Below, piece after piece: positions 53,196 through 64,000 of a stretch of 64,000 bases of DNA. This DNA comes from Octopus vulgaris. Taxonomy: Eukaryota. Each line of letters begins with the position of its first letter. Within the stretch, counting starts at the first letter, position 1. Both the position numbers and the translations under genes were made by a program. The stretch is from NCBI GenBank assembly GCA_951406725.2, contig OX597814.1, positions 110,484,001-110,548,000 of the forward strand, read 5' to 3'. The notes beneath the pieces were generated by a model. It had not been told where the DNA came from, did no database searches, and saw only the letters and a list, made by a program, of their open reading frames with translations.

Positions 53196-53601
53196 AACCC
53201 AGAGCACATTGTGTTGGTGCAATTATCAACACTAATTAACAAATCATATAGTAAATTGAATATGGAAACTTTTAAAAATATAACTGAACATAACATAAAC
53301 GGTCTTGACAGTTATAGGATTGTCAATGTTCAGTTTAGGCTGAAGTTAACAGGTGAAGTTGACAATTTTGACAGGAAAATCGTCTTAGAAATGTTTACAA
53401 CCCAGAGCACATTGTGTTGGTGCAATTATCAACACTAATTAACAAATCATATAGTAAATTGAATATGGAAACTTTTAAAAATATAACTGAACATAACATA
53501 AACGGTCTTGACAGTTATAGGATTGTCAATGTTCAGTTTAGGCTGAAGTTAACAGGTGAAGTTGACAATTTTGACAGGAAAATCGTCTTAGAAATGTTTA
53601 C
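53196..53601. repeat. Perfect 203-bp tandem duplication downstream of HSPA5
   Basis: Copies start at 53196 and 53399; duplicated ORFs 53211 and 53414. Confidence 0.95.
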
Positions 53602-54900
53602 AATGGAGTTTTAAATTTCCATATACACAAAGTATCAAAGATAATACAGCACGAAAATAGTTTAGGCTTTTATGTGTTTGCACAAGAGATTTAATGGAGG
53701 AAGCATTTCTCTTGGATCATGTAATGAAACCCATCTGGAAAAGGGTGCTTATAGACAAAGCCAGCCATAAACACTTGATAAATTATCAAGAAAATACACC
53801 AGCCATAACCACTTCTGATAAATTATCAAGAAAATAAAATACAGAGTATTTGAAATTAAAGAACCATACAAATGCCATATGCAAGAGATCATGGAATTTT
53901 GTGTGTAACAAACCCATCTGGAATGGGAGCTTATAGACAAAACCAGACATAACCACCACTTCTAATATCAGAGTATTTGAAATTGAAAAACATATGCCAT
54001 ATGCATGTGATCATGGATTTTTGTGTTAGCCTGACAGAATCAACACTGGTGCCAAACATGATGGGTTATCAGAAGTAACTTCAGTGAAATCAGCAATATC
54101 AAAAGTGAACCATTCAGCATTCAGATTACTGTCAAAAGGAAATGCTTAACATTTGTTTTGAACTTTTGAATTAATCATGCATTAGCTTTGAGATATTGAT
54201 GTGATTGTTTATTTTAGAATGACACTGTAGGGTAGGTGTGAGAAGCCAGATCTTGTTGGTGTAAATGCTACAGGGTTAAACTGATTAAAGTGGAATGCCT
54301 GATTGATGTCAAAGTGCTATTGGTGCAGAATCAAAAATTGTGCTCGTGTTCAAATGACAATTTCAATACTCAAAAACATGAAAAATGTAAAACAACAATT
54401 TGAATTTTTTTTTACAAATTATTTTTTTTAATATTTATTTTTTTTTCTACAGACATGATCTTTATCTGGCTGACACACTGTTCATTCATTCATCTGGACT
54501 GCTGCAGTTTTAATTTTAATTATGTCCTTCACTGTGTCTGATACAGACCAGTAATAACAGAGGAAATAAAAACAAATTAGTGGAATTGTGATTGAGATAT
54601 TCAATGTGTAGCCAGACAAAAGGTCAAAATAAGTACATAAACAAAACAAAAAAAAAAGAAAACAAAAAATGTGTACATGAAAGACAACAACAAATGGAAA
54701 TTATTTAAATATATACAAGTCTCAATCACATAAGTCTCGGAGATGAAAAAACAAGCAGCAGTAGAATCCTCCCATACCCATTCTGAGACGAGAAGATCAA
54801 GTCTTGAATGTAAATATAAAAAGCATTCAGACAATGATGGAATTTCTGAATTCAAGACAATTTGTTAAATGTTCCTTGTAAGTCCTAAAACATTTCTTTT

Positions 54901-57676
<2,776 letters not shown>

Positions 57677-58771
57677 GTTCTGTATAAAATAGAATTGAAA
57701 CACGGAACATCAGTTAAAAGTAAACGCCCCATTAAAAAAGAATCTTTGAACATTGCAAGTTAACGGAACTGAAATAGGCAACAAATTTGAAGTAAATTAA
57801 CTGATCTCTTTAAGCTAAAATCATCGTTAGTGGTAAGTGGCTCTGAAGTGTCAAACATCAAAACCGTTTGCGACATATTTTTTAAAGGAGAAAAAAAAAC
57901 CTCGAGAATTTTTATATATTGTCATTAGATTGGTTTAGCAGAACTTTCGATTCTAGCGAGGGAATTTATTACAATTATTTAAGTTTATCTTGGTTAAAAT
58001 AAAAGGTTTTTTTTTTTTTACCGTTATATCAACGTGGCAATTTCTGATTGAAAAAGTGTCGAAACCGAAATTAACCAATTAAAAGGTCCTGCGATCGAAT
58101 TTCATGAGAAATATCGAAGCATTTGACTAAAATTCCAAGCCTTGAAAGCGTAGAGAATTTCAAAACCGAAAAATAAAGTTGCCGAATTGTACCCTTTAAA
58201 AAAATTAAATGTGGGCACACTGTACCATGAAGGTATTTAAAAGTAGAGCAGCATCAGCACTATGTCTATTATGATTTTATATGACAAAGGTGGGGAAATA
58301 TTTGAAAAACCATTACAAATAGGTTTTATATATTTTATAAATATATGTAAAAAAACAAAAACTTAACAGAATAAGGCGATTGAATGAGTTCTGTAGATAT
58401 AAAGTTGGGAAGTATTTTAATTATAACCTACTTGAGTAGTTTACTTAAAATCCCATATTTGTGCCAATAACCTTAATGCATTTTCGGTTTCAGTAAAGTT
58501 AGAGAGACTATCTAAGAGGCAGACAAGATATGAATTAATTACAATTTTATAAAAATTATTTCCAAATGCCAAACATTACAAAATCGAAAGTTTGACAGAA
58601 GGCCGTAGAGAAAAAGAAGAGACCGGTATCGACATAGCATCACCAAAGACCTCGTTGATCATTAAATGTCGAGAATATTTGGGCTTTTTTCCCCATTTTT
58701 GAAGATTATATCATAGAACGAAAAGTAACAATTTTGACATCATAATAATCGCAACAAATCATTATACTTAC

Positions 58772-59020
58772 AGATCTTTGTGCTCAGACTGGAATATATT
58801 TCTTTAAAATCTTTCTGATGAATGAATACGAGAAATAACTCCGAACAGTGACAATAAATCCGGTGGCTTCTAAGCTCTGTATATTATTATTACTTATTGT
58901 ATTTTTTTCGTAAATAAAGAATTATATTTCAAGCAGAAAATCGTTGAAATTTTCAAAAAACACTGACAAATTCGCTCAGAATGGTTTCTAGTGTTGACTT
59001 TACTGTGTGAGAGAAACAAG
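58772..59020 (-). other. HSPA5: Probable non-coding first exon (5' UTR) of HSPA5; the 5' end is approximate
   Basis: GTAAGT donor at 58771-58766. It lies just downstream of a CATAAAG TATA-like box and the ERSE-like elements, and the ATG exon is preceded by an acceptor. Confidence 0.6.
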
Positions 59021-59045
59021 AATGATTGAGTCTAGAAGCGTCTAG

Positions 59046-59122
59046 CTTTATGAAGATTCACATTAGATGTCGTGTTGAATTGTGATTGGTCCATTCTAAG
59101 ATTCTTGGCGTCTTCCCATTGG
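59046..59122 (-). promoter_or_regulatory. HSPA5 core promoter: two ERSE-like elements plus a TATA-like box
   Basis: Minus strand CCAAT-N9-ACACG (59089-59071) and CCAAT-N9-CCAAG (59122-59104), each one mismatch from the ERSE consensus CCAAT-N9-CCACG; CATAAAG at 59052-59046. Confidence 0.75.
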
Positions 59123-60972
59123 TTGATTGTTCCATTTCGTGTTTGCTCCACTGAGCTACACGTATCTTCCCGTTTTTCGTCACCAATTGGAATTCCCTTC
59201 ATTGATGACAATCAGCAAACTGTGTTCAATAAGAAAATCATATCGAACTCATAATTAAGCAGTTATTATAAATTGATGTAAATAACTGTTGATGATCGAA
59301 ATTAGGAAATATGTTACGTCAGTTTAGGTTTACCTTAATGCTACGTAGCCAATTGCAATGAGTCATGGTAATTGATACTTTGGATGGGATAAAAATAGAA
59401 AAAAAAAACGTAAAACTTTTTTTGTTTAGTTAATTGTTTTGATAAATATCATTCATTAAAGAAAAGCGTTGAAACATATGATCACAGTCTTGCGACGAAA
59501 TGTCAAATTGCTTTACTGGTAAGAAAATTGACTGGAAAAGTATTTTTTGAATCCAGCTTGATCGATATGATACCAATAGAAATTATTGGAAAGGAAAAAC
59601 AAATATTCCTGGCGAAGATCATTCATTTGTTTCATTTTGAAAAGAATAAATTTAAAAGAAAAAAAACAAAAAACTTGTAAATAGAAGAGGAAATGATCTC
59701 GTTAACACGAAAAGAAACTACCGAAAGTTAGCCATATTTCTTGAAACTTTCATACTTTGAAGAAGAATAGAGATCACGTTCTCCCTAACTATCATTTGTT
59801 CAATAACGAATGTTAATTCTTAAATAAGAATAGAGGTAAGTAAAGATATTTGCTGTCAACGTTCTTGTTTATTTTCCAAAACGACCTCGTGGTTAAGAAG
59901 TTGATTTCGCAATCACGTAATTGCGAGTTCGATCCAATAGCATCTTAATCAAATGTCATGTACCACAACAAATTAATTCATATGTTAGCGAAATTTGGCA
60001 GATGGAAACAGAGGGGGAGCGCATCGAATAAAACTTTTTCATCTTCCTGGGTTCAAATGTATCCGGTTTAACGCCACTCTATTGCAAACATTTGAACCGG
60101 GTTTCTTATTCTGAGGATGTCATAGGTCGGGATTTTTTCCTCTCCACATTAACATCGACGGCTCCAGAAAAAATACAGGCAACATTTTCCCCCCACCTTT
60201 TCCTCCGAGTAATATAGTAAACACGAACTTATCGTTTTCTTTTCATTCAATTTTCGTGACAAAACTTTATGGTATAAAACCAGTTTGGTGCCCCACCCTT
60301 GACTGGTTCCTTGCAATTCTTCAGAATGCATATTTGTAAATAAAATTTAGCAGAGATACATCTTCAAGGACTAAGATTACGATTATATTGATAAAAGTTA
60401 GAAAAACAATTTTATTTTTATTTTGGAAGAATTTCGGATATATTTTCCTCGCATCCTTCCTTATCATCAATTACCGCAACTTTGGCATTTTTTGCGGCAT
60501 CACGTAATCAACTTTCTCGAAAGTGTGTTTCTGTAAAATATCATTTAAATAAATACATTTTGAAAAGAATATTGAAGTAACAAAAGTCGAGAGAAATGAT
60601 ACGAAACTGAAATTTCCTTGTTAAATTTTCTTTCTGAGAGTTATGAGGAAATCGAGCTGAGTGGGGTACTAAACTGTGGATATACGAACTTTAGCATACT
60701 AGGCGCTTCTGATATTTATTTACAGACTATGATTAGAGGCCTTGTGTAGCTCACAACTTTTATATTCTCTATAAATCGACAAAATTTTTGTTAGAAAAGA
60801 GAACAGAATGTTACTTTCATCTTCGAACTGTCCATGTGGATGCCGGCATACAAAATAATTTCATGTGTGGCTACGCATACATGCATACAAATACATACAA
60901 ACATCATTACATATATATATATATATATTACACGTACATGTGTGCGTGTGTATGACTGTGTATATATATTAA

Positions 60973-60973
<1 letters not shown>

Positions 60974-61051
<78 letters not shown>
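60974..61051. repeat. (TA)n microsatellite
   Basis: Direct reading. Confidence 0.95.
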
Positions 61052-61053
<2 letters not shown>

Positions 61054-62317
61054 TAGATCTTATACACACATACACGTATGGTCCAACCAATGCCTTCATG
61101 CGGAACAGACGTTAAATGATCGTGTGTATGTATGTATAACCAGCTGAAATTGCAAAGATAATCTGGAACTCGACTGAGGAAAGAAAACTCCGAATGACCC
61201 GTCCTTGTTTTCCTTGTATCGTCTGTCTGGATGTTTTGTTGTCCCTTTTTTTGTATCACCTAACTGTCTGGATGTTTTGCGTTCTTGTCCCATTTTTGTA
61301 TTTTTTATATATAAATATATACATGTATTAATGTATATGTATACATGTATATTCTTTGATTTGTTTCGGTCATTTGACTGCGGCCATGCTGGAGCACCAC
61401 CTTTAGTCGAACAAATCGACCCCAGGATTTATTCTTTGTAAGCCTAGTACTTATTCTATCGGACTTTTTTGCCGAACCGTTAAGTTACGGGGACGTAAAC
61501 ACACCAACATCGGTTGTCAAGCGATGATGGGAGGACAAACACATATATATATACGACGGGCTTCTCTCAGTTTCCGTCTGCCAAATCCACTCTCAAGGAC
61601 TGGACCCGGAACCTTGTGGGTGGTAAGCAAGCTACTTACCACACAGCCATACCGGCTCCTATATGTATATATATATTTATGTGTATATGTATACACATAT
61701 ATATATTTATACATACATGTATAAATGTATGCGTGTATATATGTATGTAGATATTTTTTTTTTACTTGTTTCAGTTACGAGACTGTGGCCATTCTGGGGC
61801 ACCGCCCTGAAGGCTTTAGTAGAACAAATGAGCCCCAGTACTTACTTTTTTAAGTCTGGTGCTTATTCTATCGGTTCCCTGTTTTGCGGGGATGTAAACA
61901 AACCAACACCAGTTGTGGGGAACAAACACAAAGACACACCCACATATGCACACACACACACACATATCGTCAGTAGTTCATAGATCTGAAAAAGAAGCCC
62001 ACTCTAAAATATTAGAGCAGTATTATATATATATCATCATCATCATCTGTTCTCCAAGCTGGTATGGGTTGGATGGATTAACTGAGGTCTGCAGAGCCTT
62101 GTGGCTGCACCAGGTCTGATCTGGTAATGTTTCTACAGCTGGATGTCCCCTGAGAGTGTAGTGGGTGCTTTTTATGTGCCTCCGGCACATTTTCTAGGAT
62201 GTTTGTTGTGATGACCAGTCAGAAGGTGATCATTGGTTTCACACCTATAGTTGAAAACACTTGCTGAAGAACCATGCAGTGGGACCAAACCAGGAACCAT
62301 ATGGTGAGGAAGCAAGC

Positions 62318-64000
62318 TTCTTTATTTCATTAAATTTGCCACAAGGGCAGCACACAGAGAGAAGCTTGAGGGCTAGACAGAGACATTAATGGGATGAATG
62401 ATGATGATATAAGGATGATAAGGATAGGAGAAGACGAAAAGCGCCCGCCGACTTTCGCTTCTCTAACACATTGTTCTTTTTTTCTTTTTTTTTTTAAAAC
62501 AATGAGGCAATAAACCTCTTACACAGTTCAAAATTAAAAATAAAACACAAACGAGGTAATAATCCTCTCACTTTTTACATTTTTAGTCTCTTTTTGAGGT
62601 AATACACCTCTTCAATTTTTCCGCCCGGCCAGGCTCCTCGCTTCATCGAAGCACCTGGTCCGTTCCGAACTTAAAGGTTTCAACATAATTCTGAAGGAGT
62701 CCTTCGGGAAGGAGTTCGTTATCCTGCACAGATCGTTCTCCCATATGACCTCTGCAGCCACCTGCGAAGGCCACTCAGGGTCCTCCGTGTAGGACAGAAG
62801 CCCCTCCCACCGGCACTTCCTCTCAATTTTTTTGATTTCATTTTGCAAGGTTCCTCCCTTGTGGAAGAGGACCAAAAATTCCTCCTCCAGCAGCACACCC
62901 GCCAAAGGAGAATTGGGACACGCTGGCAGCGTGTCACAACCCGCCGGCAATGTCCCGTTTTTCTTTTTTCTTTTCTTTTTCCCTTGAGCTACAGGAGGGT
63001 GGTGTTCCCTTGCTGTGTCCAGCAGGTCCTCCTTTTCTCCCGCAGCTCTCGGGTTCCTCGGTGGGCAGCCATTGTTGCCCACCTTTCGCTTTCGTTTTTT
63101 CGAGGAGGTAGAAACCTCCTCGACATCCTCCTCCTTCTCTCCCTCCATTGAGGAAGCAGGGAGTGGTTCCTCTGTTAACTGCTGCAGGATCTTATTTTGG
63201 TCCTTGGGGCAGTTTTTCTTGATGTGGCTGGTCCCCAGGCACAGGTGACACTTGGCGAGGCGTCCCTCAAGCATCACCGGATACCTAGACCCGGCCATCC
63301 TCAAAAAATCTGGGAAAACCAGACTTTCGGCTGATTGGGTGCATAGGGTCAACACAGCTTTTGACCCCTCCCAATCAGCCACAGGCAAAATTTTTACGTT
63401 GAGCAGCTTGGTACTGCTGTCACCCAGACCCCGGCGGATAGAGTTCTCTATCCACTCATGCTCAACTCTGGGTAGCAAGCCGCAGACCCAAGCTCTTGTT
63501 AACTTCTTTCCACAATAACTGGGAAGAAACATTATTTCCTTCCCCTCGAGGGGCCGGCTTGCAAATTCGCAAGCTTTTTTGGGGGAGTCAAATAGCAACC
63601 AGACCATTGCAAATTTGACTCCCCGTGAAATAAATTTAATAGCTGGCATGTATTCTGCCAGCTCTTTCAAAATTGTGGCTTTCGGGAAGACGGTTATGGT
63701 ATCGAGTGACTTTGAATAAGTCCTCAACACCACCGTCTTCCTTTCGAGCTCTTTTAGCCATGATTTGGGAGGTGTTAATTCCCACACTAATATTTCCTTT
63801 GCCATTTTTTTTTAAAATAAAAAGTTCAAATACAGTTCGACAATACGTTTTCAAATAAAGGAAGATACATAAAAAAAGACAGAAGACACAACAGAAGGGA
63901 AGAAAAAATAAAATAACAGTTCAAATAAAGTTCTTTTTTTTTAAATAAATGATAGCTGTGAAAAGAGAGTTCAAATCCAGGCAAAGAAATAAATTTTCGG
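62318..64000 (-). mobile_element. ORF1-only non-LTR retroelement (HAL1-like); the 5' end probably lies outside the window
   Basis: ORF1 is followed by only ~290 nt of 3' UTR ending GCCCTTGTGGC..AATAAA, the same motif as the Tx1 3' end at 28364-28381. No endonuclease or RT sequence. It abuts a tRNA-SINE fragment. Confidence 0.65.
62612..63805 (-). CDS. Intact 397-aa Tx1/L1-type ORF1 (gag-like nucleic-acid-binding protein)
   Basis: Uninterrupted ORF with a CCHC zinc knuckle (CHLCLGTSHIKKNC) followed by an acidic stretch and basic KKRKRK/KKKRKKK tracts, typical of Tx1-clade ORF1. Confidence 0.8.
   Translation of the reverse strand: MAKEILVWELTPPKSWLKELERKTVVLRTYSKSLDTITVFPKATILKELAEYMPAIKFISRGVKFAMVWLLFDSPKKACEFASRPLEGKEIMFLPSYCGKKLTRAWVCGLLPRVEHEWIENSIRRGLGDSSTKLLNVKILPVADWEGSKAVLTLCTQSAESLVFPDFLRMAGSRYPVMLEGRLAKCHLCLGTSHIKKNCPKDQNKILQQLTEEPLPASSMEGEKEEDVEEVSTSSKKRKRKVGNNGCPPRNPRAAGEKEDLLDTAREHHPPVAQGKKKRKKKNGTLPAGCDTLPACPNSPLAGVLLEEEFLVLFHKGGTLQNEIKKIERKCRWEGLLSYTEDPEWPSQVAAEVIWENDLCRITNSFPKDSFRIMLKPLSSERTRCFDEARSLAGRKN

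Noticed and set aside
53211-53614. Duplicated 75/66-aa ORFs
   Set aside because: By-product of the 203-bp tandem duplication; non-ATG start, AT-rich, no homology recognised
59880-59945. tRNA-like sequence (GTGGTTAAG..GTTCGATCC)
   Set aside because: No complete acceptor stem; it matches the decayed head of the local tRNA-SINE family
61170-61205. CTGAGGA...CCGAAT as a hammerhead core (also ~44262-44285)
   Set aside because: No proper stem II after the box, and GAAT instead of GAAA in both copies

Overview
AT-rich, repeat-dense animal genomic DNA. The repeat families (RTE 3' tails ending in (GAT)n, tRNA-derived SINEs, short Helitrons) look like those of Octopus or another coleoid cephalopod; this is an inference. 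Two spliced protein-coding genes could be assembled by hand, both on the minus strand. The first is a complete HSPA5/BiP (ER Hsp70, 657 aa, signal peptide to KDEL) with two ERSE-like promoter elements. The second is a 5-exon, 216-aa gene spread over 30 kb, with two tandem muconolactone-isomerase-like domains and a 28-nt micro-exon. The rest is mostly transposon-derived: a decayed Tx1/L1-clade LINE inside a three-level nested insertion, RTE, CR1 and R4/Dong fragments, Helitrons, mariner/piggyBac/hAT remnants, SINEs and microsatellites. The most unusual items are (a) an intact ORF1-only (HAL1-like) retroelement that has three regularly spaced GAGG-N7-CCTC hairpins after its stop codon and shares a 3' motif with the Tx1 LINE and a SINE family, (b) a large inverted duplication in which only one arm carries a chimeric Helitron with mariner cargo, and (c) the MIase-like animal gene. 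All calls come from reading the sequence by eye; no database searches were run.
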